64,000 bases of DNA from Gemmatimonadaceae bacterium (GCA_051859245.1 JBHYGA010000001.1:1405722-1469721), one strand, 5' to 3'. Positions 22,579 through 32,611 are shown, numbered from the stretch's first letter. Notes: a model not told the origin generated them from the sequence alone. A program made the numbers and translations.

Positions 22579-24729
22579 ATGTCTGATTTGATACGCGGTG
22601 GCGCGCATATGCCGGGCGCAGGCGCAGCGCCTACGCCGTTTTCGCTGCAGTCGCCGTTTGAGCCAGCGGGCGATCAGCCCCAGGCGATCGCCGAGCTCAC
22701 CGCCGGTCTGGAACGCGGCGATCGGTATCAGACGCTGCTCGGCGTGACCGGTTCCGGCAAAACCATGACGATCGCTAACGTGATTGCGGCGTGGAAACGA
22801 CCGGTGTTGGTGTTGTCGCACAACAAAACGTTGGCCGCGCAGTTATACGGAGAGCTCAAGAGCTTTTTCCCGAACAACGCGGTTGAGTATTTCGTGTCGT
22901 ACTACGACTACTACCAGCCGGAAGCGTACGTGCCGACCAGCGACACGTATATCGAAAAAGACGCGTCCATCAACGAAGACATCGATCGGCTGCGTTTGCG
23001 CGCGACGTCGAGTTTGATGGAGCGTGATGATGTAGTGATCGTGTCCACGGTCAGCGCGATCTACGGTCTTGGTGATCCGGTGTCGTACCGCGAGCGCATG
23101 CTGGCGTTGGCGCGCGGCGAGAAGCGCAGCCGCGATGATATTTTGCGCGCACTGGTGGGCATTCAGTATTTGCGCAACGATGTCTCGTTTGAACGCGGCA
23201 CGTTTCGCGTGCGCGGCGATACAGTGGAGATTCTCCCCGCGTACGAAGAGCAAGGCTTGCGTATCGAGCTGTGGGGCGATGAGATCGAGCGGATCAGCAA
23301 GATAGATCCCGTTACTGGCGACACGATCGCGGTGCTGGAACGCGCGGCCATTTATCCTGCCAAACACTTTATCACCACGCGGCCAACACTCGAGCGTGCC
23401 GTTGGTGCGATTCGTGATGAGCTCTCCTCTCGCTTGGCCGAACTGCGCATGGCGGGCAAGCTGCTGGAAGCGCAGCGCCTCGAGCAGCGCACGATGTTCG
23501 ATATTGAGATGATGCTTGAAGTGGGTACGTGCGCCGGTATTGAGAACTACTCGCGACATTTGAGCGGGCGTATTGCGGGTGAACGGCCGGCGTGTTTGTT
23601 CGACTACTTCCCGGACGATTTTCTGGTCGTGGCCGACGAGTCGCACGTCACGCTGCCACAGGTGCGCGCCATGTATAACGGCGATCGCGCGCGCAAGCTG
23701 ACACTGGTGGAGTACGGATTCCGTTTGCCGAGTGCGCTCGATAATCGCCCGCTGGTGTTCGATGAGTTTCTGCAACTGGTGCCGCGACTGATCAGCGTAT
23801 CGGCCACGCCCGGCGAAGTGGAGCTTGGGCTCTCGGAAGGCGTTGTCGTGGAGCAGGTGATTCGTCCGACCGGTCTGATTGATCCGATTATCGAAGTGCG
23901 TCCGGTAAAGGGGCAGGTGGACGATCTCCTGCACGAGATTCACTTGCGCGAACGCAAGGGCGAGCGTGTACTGGTCACGGTGCTCACCAAGCGTATGGCC
24001 GAGGACCTCACCGATTACTTGCAGCAGATGGGTGTGCGCGTGCGCTACATGCACTCGGACATTGATACGATCGAGCGCATGGAAATTGTGCGCGGACTGC
24101 GACTCGGTGATTTCGACGTGCTGGTTGGCATCAACCTGCTGCGTGAAGGACTCGACATGCCGGAGGTCTCACTGGTCGCCGTGCTCGACGCGGATCAGGA
24201 AGGCTTCTTGCGTAGCGATCGTTCGCTGGTGCAAACGATTGGACGCGCGGCACGCAATGTGAATGGTCGCGCGATCCTGTACGCCGACCGCGTCACCGGG
24301 TCGATGGAGCGAGCGATCAGCGAAACGGATCGTCGCCGTACGATTCAGTCGGAGCACAACGCGAAGCACGGCATCACACCGCGAGGTGTGACGAAGAGTG
24401 TGAGCGACGTGCGTTTGATTACACGGGTCGCCGACGCGCGCGAAGTGAAAGAAGACAAAACGGCGAAGAATGCCGTGGTGTCGACGCCTGGCGGAAAGCG
24501 CACGCGGGAAGAGCTGGAAGGCTGGGTTGTGGAGCTGGAAGCGGCTATGCGCGAAGCGGCAACGGCACTTGATTTTGAAACGGCGGCGCGACTGCGCGAC
24601 GAGCTGTTCGATGTTCGCACCATGCTCGGCAGCGCGACAGGTGAGAGCAAGGCCGGCGCGCGCGGCGGAACGAGGGGCGGTGGTGGTCGCCCCGGCGGTG
24701 CGCGCGGTGGGCGAGGGAAGCGTCGCTGA
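22579..24729 (+). CDS. uvrB: Excinuclease ABC subunit B
   Basis: [49 protein letters not shown]; start could be 22609. Confidence 0.97.
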   Translation: MSDLIRGGAHMPGAGAAPTPFSLQSPFEPAGDQPQAIAELTAGLERGDRYQTLLGVTGSGKTMTIANVIAAWKRPVLVLSHNKTLAAQLYGELKSFFPNNAVEYFVSYYDYYQPEAYVPTSDTYIEKDASINEDIDRLRLRATSSLMERDDVVIVSTVSAIYGLGDPVSYRERMLALARGEKRSRDDILRALVGIQYLRNDVSFERGTFRVRGDTVEILPAYEEQGLRIELWGDEIERISKIDPVTGDTIAVLERAAIYPAKHFITTRPTLERAVGAIRDELSSRLAELRMAGKLLEAQRLEQRTMFDIEMMLEVGTCAGIENYSRHLSGRIAGERPACLFDYFPDDFLVVADESHVTLPQVRAMYNGDRARKLTLVEYGFRLPSALDNRPLVFDEFLQLVPRLISVSATPGEVELGLSEGVVVEQVIRPTGLIDPIIEVRPVKGQVDDLLHEIHLRERKGERVLVTVLTKRMAEDLTDYLQQMGVRVRYMHSDIDTIERMEIVRGLRLGDFDVLVGINLLREGLDMPEVSLVAVLDADQEGFLRSDRSLVQTIGRAARNVNGRAILYADRVTGSMERAISETDRRRTIQSEHNAKHGITPRGVTKSVSDVRLITRVADAREVKEDKTAKNAVVSTPGGKRTREELEGWVVELEAAMREAATALDFETAARLRDELFDVRTMLGSATGESKAGARGGTRGGGGRPGGARGGRGKRR

Positions 24730-25214
24730 TGTACGGAAGTCGCGACATCGCGCCGCGCAGCGCTGAGCTGCAGCTGTTACTGCACCAGACGGAGCAGGGT
24801 CCCATGTCGCTCGAAGACATGGCGGTGTGGGGACGGGCGTTTGCACTCGCGTTGCCGGCTGGCGCAGTGCTGGCGCTGCATGGCGAACTGGGCGCCGGAA
24901 AGACCACACTCGTGCGCGCGATGTGCGAAGCGCTCGGCGTGGGTGACCTGTCGCAGGTCACGAGTCCGACGTTTGCAATTGTGCATGAGTACGACAGCGC
25001 ATCGGGTCTGCTGGTGCACGCCGATCTGTATCGGCTTCGCAGCGAAGCGGAACTGGAACAGTTGGGGTGGGACGAACTTCTCGCGCGTGCGGTCCGCGTG
25101 TTCGTGGAGTGGCCGGAGCGTGCGGGTGCGATGTTGCCGCCGGATGCGTGGCACCTCCAACTCTCGCATGTCGCAACTGCTCCAGACAAACGTGGGCTGC
25201 ATGTGATGGTGTAG
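24729..25214 (+). CDS. tsaE: tRNA t6A biosynthesis ATPase TsaE
   Basis: LHGELGAGKTT, VTSPTF, HADLYRL, VEWPE. Confidence 0.92.
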   Translation: MYGSRDIAPRSAELQLLLHQTEQGPMSLEDMAVWGRAFALALPAGAVLALHGELGAGKTTLVRAMCEALGVGDLSQVTSPTFAIVHEYDSASGLLVHADLYRLRSEAELEQLGWDELLARAVRVFVEWPERAGAMLPPDAWHLQLSHVATAPDKRGLHVMV

Positions 25215-25269
25215 TCCATTGCGGTGACACTCGGCGTGACGACAGTGCATCGCGCGTCGTGTAGCTGCT

Positions 25270-26766
25270 GTGAAGCCTGTCTCAATTCCCGTTCATCGCG
25301 TGTCGCCGAGCGCGATCGCCGCGCCAACGCCGGCCGACGCCCGCGACTCCGCCTCAACGGTTCGCCTCGCCGAAGTCGTTGGTGCCCTTTCCTACGCGCT
25401 GGATCTCACAGAAGGTCAGCGTCCCGGTCACACGCTGCGCACCTGCGTACTCGCCATGCGCATCGGTCGCGGTATCGACCTCTCGCAGCCTGAGTTGGAG
25501 GCGCTCTACTACGCGTCACTGTTGAAAGACGCGGGTTGTTCGAGCAATGCCGCGCGCATGGCGGCGCTGTTCGGATCAGACGACCAGAGCGTGAAACGCA
25601 ATATGCGGCTGGTCGATTGGCAGGATCGCTGGCGACTCGCCGCTCGTACCGCGGAGAACTGCGGCGTTGGTCGCTCCATGTTTGCTCGGCTGCGACACTT
25701 CATGTTGATCGCGCGCACGCCCGACATGACGCGCGAAATCATTCAAACACGTTGTGAGCGCGGTGCCGCGATTGCGGCGCAACTCGGGTTTCCCAGTGCG
25801 TCGTCGGAAGCCATTGCGTTTGTTGACGAGCAGTGGTGCGGACTCGGGCATCCCACTGGAATGTCAGGGACTGATATCCCAATCCTGTCGCGCGTGTTGC
25901 TACTCGCACAAACACTCGAAGTGTTTGTGACCGAAGAAGGCATCGACAATGCCATGCGCATGGTGCGCGAGCGCCGCGGACGCTGGTTCGATCCGTCCAT
26001 TGCGGATCTGGTGCTGGCGTGGAGTCGGTCGGACGCGATCTGGACGGTGTTGTCGGAAAGCGATCGTCTGGAAGCCACGGTGATTGCGCTTGAGCCGAAC
26101 GAGTCGCCGCTCATGGCCACCGACGAACGTCTCGACGCGATTGCGCAGGGCTTTGCGTCCGTGATCGACGCGAAGTCGCCGTTTACGTCGCGGCATAGCA
26201 CGAACGTGGCGCGATACGCGGCGGCGATTGCGACCGCTCGCGGTGCGTCATCTCGCCAGGCGCGGGAAGTGTTGCGGGCTGGCTTGCTGCACGACCTTGG
26301 CAAGCTCGGTATTTCCAATCGCATTCTCGACAAACCCGCCGCGCTTACCGACGTGGAACGCGCGACGATGAAGGATCACCCCAAGTGGACGTGGGAGATC
26401 CTGCGCCACGTTCCGGCGTTCGCGGGTGTGGCCGGCTCCGCGTCCAAGCACCATGAACGCATCGACGGCGCGGGCTATCCGTGGGGCCTCGGCGACGATG
26501 TTCTCGACGAAACGGCGCGCACACTGGCCGTGGCCGACGTGTACGAGGCGCTCACGGCGAATCGCCCGTACCGCGCCGGTATGACCGCAGAGAAGGCGCT
26601 CAGCATCATGGTGCGCGATCGGGGCAGTGCCTTTGACCGCGAGTTGTACGACGTGGCGGAGTCAATGGCGCAGGCGGGTGCGTTTGCCGCCATCGCCGAC
26701 GTGATCGACGAGCCGCTGGCCGCCGTTCCGGGAATTGATCTAGAGCCGCTGCGCAAGATCGCGTAG
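25270..26766 (+). CDS. Tandem HD-GYP domain phosphohydrolase (first domain degenerate)
   Basis: N-terminal copy LLKDAGC..DEQWCGLGHP; C-terminal copy HS..LLHDLGK..HHERIDGAGYP..DVYEALTANRPYR. Confidence 0.85.
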   Translation: MKPVSIPVHRVSPSAIAAPTPADARDSASTVRLAEVVGALSYALDLTEGQRPGHTLRTCVLAMRIGRGIDLSQPELEALYYASLLKDAGCSSNAARMAALFGSDDQSVKRNMRLVDWQDRWRLAARTAENCGVGRSMFARLRHFMLIARTPDMTREIIQTRCERGAAIAAQLGFPSASSEAIAFVDEQWCGLGHPTGMSGTDIPILSRVLLLAQTLEVFVTEEGIDNAMRMVRERRGRWFDPSIADLVLAWSRSDAIWTVLSESDRLEATVIALEPNESPLMATDERLDAIAQGFASVIDAKSPFTSRHSTNVARYAAAIATARGASSRQAREVLRAGLLHDLGKLGISNRILDKPAALTDVERATMKDHPKWTWEILRHVPAFAGVAGSASKHHERIDGAGYPWGLGDDVLDETARTLAVADVYEALTANRPYRAGMTAEKALSIMVRDRGSAFDRELYDVAESMAQAGAFAAIADVIDEPLAAVPGIDLEPLRKIA

Positions 26767-26849
26767 CGGGCGAGGTGCCGATCGGGGGTCGTTCTGCGCA
26801 GGGGGTTCGCAGGCCTTGTGCGTGGGGCGCCGCGCGTCGATAGTGCGTC

Positions 26850-27542
26850 ATGACAGAAGCTGACACGCGTGTCATCCCTGAGGGCCTGTGGCTCGTGGTT
26901 GAGGCGTCCACCTCTGCCGGATCTGTCGCGCTGCTCAGGCAGTCGGGAGCATTGCCCGCGCATGTCGTCGCGAGTTGCGATGTGCCCATGGGTTCGGCGC
27001 GAGATGACGTGCTGACGCCTGCCGTGCAGACGTTGCTGGCCGAATCGGGTGTGGCGTTGCACGACATTCGGGCCGTGGTGTGCGGCGCTGGTCCGGGATC
27101 GTTTACGTCGCTGCGTATTGCCGGCGCGCTGATTAAAGGACTGGCGTACGGCCTTCAGGTTCCGCTGTTTTCCGTTCCGTCCATGTTGCTGGCGGCGCGT
27201 GGGGTGGATGATCAACCCGAGGCGGGTGCGCGCACCGTGGCCATGGACGCGCTGCGCGGCGAGTTCTACGTGCAGTCGTTCATGGTGCGTTCGCGCGGCG
27301 AGCTCGCACCGATGAGCGGGGTTTCGCGACTTAGCGCCGAGCAGCTTGCCCAGGAGAACACGCCTCGTGTGATCTCGGTCGATGGCGATATCAAACCACG
27401 CGCGAGTGTCGCGCGTTGGATAGATGACTGGTCTCGGTTTGGGCCACAGTCACTGGATGCGTGGGAGCCCGCGTACGGGCGACTCGCCGAAGCGCAGGTC
27501 AAGTGGGAGTCGACGCATGGACGCGCCCTTACTCTCGACTGA
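26850..27542 (+). CDS. tsaB: tRNA t6A biosynthesis protein TsaB
   Basis: VEAST..SVAL, GAGPGSFTSLRI, MDALRGE. Confidence 0.9.
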   Translation: MTEADTRVIPEGLWLVVEASTSAGSVALLRQSGALPAHVVASCDVPMGSARDDVLTPAVQTLLAESGVALHDIRAVVCGAGPGSFTSLRIAGALIKGLAYGLQVPLFSVPSMLLAARGVDDQPEAGARTVAMDALRGEFYVQSFMVRSRGELAPMSGVSRLSAEQLAQENTPRVISVDGDIKPRASVARWIDDWSRFGPQSLDAWEPAYGRLAEAQVKWESTHGRALTLD

Positions 27543-28008
27543 TCTGCAGCTGCAGCTTCGGCCCGCAGAGCCGCGTGACATCGCGGAAATGGCGGCCATT
27601 GAAGCAGCGTGTTTTTCGGATCCGTGGCCTGCGTCGGCATTCGATTCGTTGCTCGCGTCAGTCGCCACGCACATCACCGTGGCCGTGCTCAACAACCGCG
27701 TGGTTGGGTACAGCGTGGTCATTCACGTGATTGACGAAGGGGAGCTGGCCAACATCGCGGTTGATGCGAGTGCGCGGCGACGAGGTGTTGCGCGTGCCCT
27801 CATGGAGGCGCTCATGTCACGCGCGCGGCGGGACCAACTGCACTCGATGTTCCTTGAGGTGCGCGAGTCAAACGTGGGCGCGCGCGCGCTGTACGAGGCG
27901 TTTGGATTCAGCGCGCTGACACGTCGAAAGCGCTATTATCAGCGCCCTGATGAGGATGCGATCGTGATGGTGTGGCGACCCGGCACGCTCACGATTTCGG
28001 CGGCATGA
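27517..28008 (+). CDS. rimI: Ribosomal-protein-alanine N-acetyltransferase
   Basis: IEAACFSDPW, NIAV..RRRGVA, FLEVRESN..ALY, RKRYY..EDAIVM. Confidence 0.9.
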   Translation: MDAPLLSTDLQLQLRPAEPRDIAEMAAIEAACFSDPWPASAFDSLLASVATHITVAVLNNRVVGYSVVIHVIDEGELANIAVDASARRRGVARALMEALMSRARRDQLHSMFLEVRESNVGARALYEAFGFSALTRRKRYYQRPDEDAIVMVWRPGTLTISAA

Positions 28009-28086
28009 TTATGGTGCTATTCTTCGGAGCGGAGCGTGGTAGGATGAGTGCGCCAACCGCACTTCACCCGCACGCCTGGAGGCACC

Positions 28087-28578
28087 GTGAGTCGCAGTCT
28101 GAACAAAGCCACCCTGATCGGTAACGTCGGATCCGATCCGGAAATTCGCAGCACGTCCAACGGCGGTCGCGTGGCGACATTTTCGCTGGCCACCAGCACC
28201 GTCTGGAACGATGCGTCAGGGTCCAAGCAGGAAAAGACCGAGTGGCACCGCTGCGTAGTCTGGAATCAGGGCAAGTCCACGCTTGCCGACGTTGTTGAGC
28301 GCTACGTCAAGAAGGGTGAAAAGCTGTTTGTTGAAGGCGAAATTCAGTATCGCCAGTGGACCGACAAGGACAATCAGACGCGCTACACCACCGAGATCAA
28401 AGTACGAGAACTGATTTTGCTTGGTGGCCGGAGCGGCGGAGATGACGACGCCCCGCGTCGCAGCAGCGGACCGGCCGGCGGCGCGCCCAAGAAGGGCGGT
28501 GCAGCGGGTGGGGCGAGTGATGATTTCTCGGATTTCCCCGGCGCTCTGCAGGACGAAGACGACGATCTGCCGTTCTGA
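28087..28578 (+). CDS. ssb: Single-stranded DNA-binding protein
   Basis: SLNKATLIGNVG.DPE, KTEWH, VEG..Y, acidic tail DDDLPF; GGAGG Shine-Dalgarno. Confidence 0.97.
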   Translation: MSRSLNKATLIGNVGSDPEIRSTSNGGRVATFSLATSTVWNDASGSKQEKTEWHRCVVWNQGKSTLADVVERYVKKGEKLFVEGEIQYRQWTDKDNQTRYTTEIKVRELILLGGRSGGDDDAPRRSSGPAGGAPKKGGAAGGASDDFSDFPGALQDEDDDLPF

Positions 28579-28756
28579 TCGCGGCAGCACCCACGGGGGA
28601 CCGGCAGTGCAACGCATTGTGCTCATGGCGTGATGCGCAGCGCGTGACGGTCTCCCGCGGTTCGGCGTCCCTCTCCCAGAGGTCATGTCACGAGTCTTTG
28701 GTAAGGAGCCAACTCGGCGTGTCCTGATTTCACATCGCCCTCGAGAGGTTTGCGTC

Positions 28757-30268
28757 ATGTTCCCAGCCCGTTCCCGTCGCGCGTTGGTTCGCGCCAAGGC
28801 TATCGCGCGTCGGTCGGAGTCGGTCAGCGAAGCACAGCAGCTGTTGTTACCGCTGCTGCTCGCCTTCGGATTTGCGCTGCTCCTCGCGTGGCCGCACCGC
28901 GCGCAGGCGCAGACGGCAGGCGCTCAGGTCACCGCATCGGCGTCGTCTACGCACACCGTTCGTCCTGGTGAAACGTTGTGGAGCCTCGCGGCCCGCTACT
29001 TCGGCAATGGTCAGAAGTGGCGGGAACTCGCGTCAATGAACGGTCTCGCCGCGGGTGGTGAGCTGGGCATTGAAGTGGGTCAGGTGCTGCGCGTTCCTGG
29101 TGAGCGGCCGTCGTTCGCGGAGTCACGCGCGGCCATGGCCGAGCGTCCGCCCTTGAGCACGCCCAGCAGCGCTGTGACGCCCGCGGCGGGAACGCCAGAC
29201 GACGCCAGTGCGGCGAAGGCCGCTGCGGACCGAGCTGCGGCTGAGAAGGCGGCATCGGACAAGGCCGCGGCTGACAAAGCTGCGGCTGACAAGGCTGCGG
29301 CTGACAAGGCTGCGGCTGAGAAGGCGGCGGCTGACAAGGCCGCGTCTGAGAAGGCGGCGTTTGATGCTGCCGCCGCGGAAATCGCGGCCGCCGAATCGCG
29401 TCCGGCACCGCTTCCCGCGCCGCAGCGCGGCACGTTCATCGAACCGGAAGGCTCGCAAGGAGCGTCTCGCCTGGGGTTGGTGCGTCGCGCTGATGTGGCA
29501 GCCGCTCGTGGCCGTGACAACACCACGATTTTCCTCGGACCGGCGCCGTTCGACGCCGATACGATGCAGGGCACGATCTACCTGACCGGCGGTGAGAGCT
29601 TTGTGGCGCCCGCCGGACGCCGACCGGCTGAGTTCGAGGCGGCCCCGTTTGCCGTCTCCGTGAACACTCTGAAGGGCGCCGGCTCGGTCAAGGCGCGTGG
29701 CGAGGGCAGTGCGGTCAAGACCCGTGACCTGCAGCGCATGCAGCCACGTGAGCTGGTCGAAATCGCGATGCCGGCCGGCGTGGCTGCTACGCCTGGCACG
29801 AAACTCGTGTCGATCGCTCTGGGCGCCGAACTGGGCGGCTCGCTTCGTGTGGCGCATCCCTCGGCCGTCTTGACCATTGAAGAGCCGCGTAATGGTGTGC
29901 CCATGGCGCGCGTTACCCGCCTGTTCGGCGTAGTAGAGCAGGGTCAGGCGCTGGTGCCGTTCGAAGAAGCGCCGGCGGCGCCGGCCACCGAGACCGTCGA
30001 CTCGATCACCACCACGGTGCGGTGGATCACCGCCAAGCACCTGTTGCCTTCGCTGCAGTCGTACCTGATTCTCGCGAACGATCCAGCCAATCAGATTCAG
30101 GTGGGCGATCGATTCGAGCTGCTCACGAAGTCGTCCGTCGAGTCACGCGTCGCGATTGTTCGCGTGGTTCGCGTGGGCGCAGACGGTGCCACGGCGATCA
30201 TCACGCATCAGGATCAGCCCACGATTCGCGAGGGCATGAGCGCGCGTCGGATTGGCCGGGCGCCGTAA
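28757..30268 (+). CDS. Exported LysM peptidoglycan-binding protein with Ala/Lys/Asp repeat linker (TsaP-like architecture)
   Basis: Signal peptide ending AQA, LysM HTVRPGETLWSLA..W..N..GQVLRVP, KAAAD repeats, beta-rich C-terminus. Confidence 0.75.
   Translation: MFPARSRRALVRAKAIARRSESVSEAQQLLLPLLLAFGFALLLAWPHRAQAQTAGAQVTASASSTHTVRPGETLWSLAARYFGNGQKWRELASMNGLAAGGELGIEVGQVLRVPGERPSFAESRAAMAERPPLSTPSSAVTPAAGTPDDASAAKAAADRAAAEKAASDKAAADKAAADKAAADKAAAEKAAADKAASEKAAFDAAAAEIAAAESRPAPLPAPQRGTFIEPEGSQGASRLGLVRRADVAAARGRDNTTIFLGPAPFDADTMQGTIYLTGGESFVAPAGRRPAEFEAAPFAVSVNTLKGAGSVKARGEGSAVKTRDLQRMQPRELVEIAMPAGVAATPGTKLVSIALGAELGGSLRVAHPSAVLTIEEPRNGVPMARVTRLFGVVEQGQALVPFEEAPAAPATETVDSITTTVRWITAKHLLPSLQSYLILANDPANQIQVGDRFELLTKSSVESRVAIVRVVRVGADGATAIITHQDQPTIREGMSARRIGRAP
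29216..29365 (+). repeat. 15-bp tandem repeat, about 10 copies, encoding (K/R)AA(A/S/F)(D/E)
   Basis: Units such as AAGGCTGCGGCTGAC read directly from the sequence. Confidence 0.9.
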
Positions 30269-30319
30269 ACGCCGTTGAGCGCACGCATGCGCTGATGCCG
30301 GTCGGCATCTGCCGGTGAT

Positions 30320-30353
30320 ACACGGGCTCCGCACCACTGTGCGGAGCCCGTGT
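30320..30353. terminator. Perfect 15-bp inverted repeat after the LysM gene
   Basis: ACACGGGCTCCGCAC-CACT-GTGCGGAGCCCGTGT; no clear U-tract. Confidence 0.5.
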
Positions 30354-30462
30354 GCAATTGTGACGCTACGCATCGTTCTCAGGCTGTGCGAGGTCGTGTC
30401 GGTGTATACATTCACACGCGTTGCGCGTGTCACCACCAACTGAACCAGAGAGACGTGAACTG

Positions 30463-31431
30463 ATGGCCAACAAGAACGCGCTCGTAACGGGCGGAGCTGG
30501 GTTTATCGGATCGCACGTCGCGGATCGGCTGCTCGCCGCCGGCTACGACGTCACCATCCTCGACAACCTTTCGAGCGGTCGCCGTGAAAACCTGCCCAGT
30601 GCGGCGCGTTTTGTGGAAGCAGACATCACGACGCCTGAGGCCGCGGCGGTTGTGCGCGAAGGTCGATTTGATGTGATGTGCCACCTGGCCGCGCAGATCG
30701 ATGTGCGTCGCAGCATGGATGATCCCGCGTACGATGCGCGGATCAACATCATCGGCACACTCAATCTGATGGAGGCGATTCGCACGGCGAGCCCGAACAC
30801 ACGCGTCGTGTTTTCGAGCACGGGGGGCGCGTTGTACGGTGATTTCGAGCCGCCACCAAGCGCCGAGCGTCTGGCCAAAGATCCCGAGGCACCGTATGGG
30901 ATCGCGAAGTTGGCGGTGGAGTACTACCTCGCGTACTACGGTCGCGTGCATGGCATCGACACCGTGGCGCTGCGATATGGCAACGTCTACGGCCCGCGAC
31001 AGGACCCGCATGGTGAGGCTGGTGTGGTCGCGATTTTCTGCAATCGTCTGCTTGATGCACGCGCGCTCACCGTGTTCGGTGACGGCACGCAAACGCGCGA
31101 CTACGTGTACGCCGGTGACGTTGCAGCGGCGAACGTGCTGGCCGCGGGCGCTACGCTGCCGCCGGCTGCGCGCCTTGATGCGCGCGCGTTCAACATCGGA
31201 ACCGGCGTTGAGACGTCGGTGAACACGGTCGCCGGCTCCTTGCAGCGCGCTGCGGGCAGCACTACGCCCATTGAGTACGCGCCGGCTCGCGCGGGTGAGT
31301 TGTTGCGCTCCGCGCTCGACACCCGCAAAGCGCATGAGGTGCTGGGTTGGTCGCCGTCCATGTCGATCGATGACGGATTGGCTGAAACCTTTCGCTGGTT
31401 CGCCGCGCGGCGCGCTGGTACCACGGCATGA
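30463..31431 (+). CDS. galE: NAD-dependent epimerase/dehydratase, UDP-glucose 4-epimerase-like
   Basis: TGGAGFIGSH, HLAAQIDVR, SSTGGALYG, PYGIAK, NVYGPRQDPHGEAGVV. Confidence 0.8.
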   Translation: MANKNALVTGGAGFIGSHVADRLLAAGYDVTILDNLSSGRRENLPSAARFVEADITTPEAAAVVREGRFDVMCHLAAQIDVRRSMDDPAYDARINIIGTLNLMEAIRTASPNTRVVFSSTGGALYGDFEPPPSAERLAKDPEAPYGIAKLAVEYYLAYYGRVHGIDTVALRYGNVYGPRQDPHGEAGVVAIFCNRLLDARALTVFGDGTQTRDYVYAGDVAAANVLAAGATLPPAARLDARAFNIGTGVETSVNTVAGSLQRAAGSTTPIEYAPARAGELLRSALDTRKAHEVLGWSPSMSIDDGLAETFRWFAARRAGTTA

Positions 31432-32189
31432 TGCTCGCGTCTGTGCACGCACTGCTCGATGCTCCGCACGCGTTGTTCGTGGTTGTCGCTCAGCTCGAGG
31501 CGTCGGACGCGTCGGGTTCGTGGCGCATGCTCATTACCGATGACCCGCTGCACAACGCGGTTCTGATTTTTCTGGCGGTGCTCTCGCTCATGAGCTGGGG
31601 CATCATGTTCTCCAAGTTCTCGGAGTTTCGACGCGCGGAAAAGAATGGCAAAGCGTTTATGCGAGAGTTCGAGAGCGCGAAGAACATGAACGAGGCGATG
31701 CTTGCGGCGCAGCGTGCCACGTCCAGTCCGTTCACAGTGGTGTTTGCGCGCGCGCTTCAGTTTTTGAACGAGACCACGCCGGCGCTTGCCGGCTCCAGCG
31801 ATCGCACCGCGCGCTTCAGCGGATCACAGGTGGAAGCACTGCGGCTCGTGCTCGACGCCGAATCCGGCGCGGAACGTGAGAAGCTCGGCCGGTTCATCAC
31901 GTGGCTCGCAACGGTGGGCTCGGTGAGTCCGCTCATCGGTCTGTTTGGCACCGTGCTCGGCGTGATCAGTGCCTTTCAGGGTGTTGTCGCGTCAGGCTCG
32001 AGCAATTTGACGGCCGTCGCGCCCGGTATCGCGCAAGCGCTCACGGCAACTGCGGCCGCATTGGCCGTGGCCATTCCCGCATCGTTCGCGTACAACGTGT
32101 TCGCAGCGCGGCTCAATCGGTACGATACCGGGCTTGAAGGCTTTGGCTCGGAGCTCGTGGCGTTGCTCGTTCGCGAAGGGCGGATCTAG
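31428..32189 (+). CDS. tolQ: TolQ/ExbB proton-channel protein
   Basis: LATVGSVSPLIGLFGTV.G, VAPGIAQAL.ATA..L.VAIPA; tol-pal context. Confidence 0.9.
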   Translation: MMLASVHALLDAPHALFVVVAQLEASDASGSWRMLITDDPLHNAVLIFLAVLSLMSWGIMFSKFSEFRRAEKNGKAFMREFESAKNMNEAMLAAQRATSSPFTVVFARALQFLNETTPALAGSSDRTARFSGSQVEALRLVLDAESGAEREKLGRFITWLATVGSVSPLIGLFGTVLGVISAFQGVVASGSSNLTAVAPGIAQALTATAAALAVAIPASFAYNVFAARLNRYDTGLEGFGSELVALLVREGRI

Positions 32190-32221
32190 TCGTGCAAGGC
32201 CGTCGTCGTCGCGGCGATCGT

Positions 32222-32611
32222 ATGGCGGTCAACGCCGAAATCAACGTCGTCAGTTTGATCGACGTGATGATGCTGCTCATGATAGTGTTCATGATCGCGG
32301 CCCCGATGATGCAAGGCGGTGTTGAAGTGCAACTCCCCAAGGCCGCGGTGCAACCGCTTGATGCGAAAAGCGGATTGATTGTTTCGATCGATCGCGACGG
32401 CCGCATTTTTGTGGATCGCACGGAAGTGTCGCTCGACGAACTCGCAGGCAGCGTGAAGTCGCTCATGGCGCAGCAGCGCAGCGAAGGCGTGTATGTTCGC
32501 ATGGACGAACAGGCACGCGGCGGCGTCTTGGTGCGCGTGTTTGCGACGCTGATCGGTGCCGGCATCGAGAATGTCGGTCTGGTTGGCGAGCCCGTGGAGG
32601 CGCGTCGGTGA
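32222..32611 (+). CDS. tolR: TolR/ExbD
   Basis: EINVVSLIDVMMLLMIVFMIAAP..VQLP; alternative GTG start at 32192. Confidence 0.9.
   Translation: MAVNAEINVVSLIDVMMLLMIVFMIAAPMMQGGVEVQLPKAAVQPLDAKSGLIVSIDRDGRIFVDRTEVSLDELAGSVKSLMAQQRSEGVYVRMDEQARGGVLVRVFATLIGAGIENVGLVGEPVEARR

Noticed and set aside
28579..28756. Possible c-di-AMP or c-di-GMP riboswitch upstream of the LysM gene
   Set aside because: Only short stems (CGTGAC/GTCACG); I could not match the conserved cores of these riboswitches by eye; an Rfam scan would settle it
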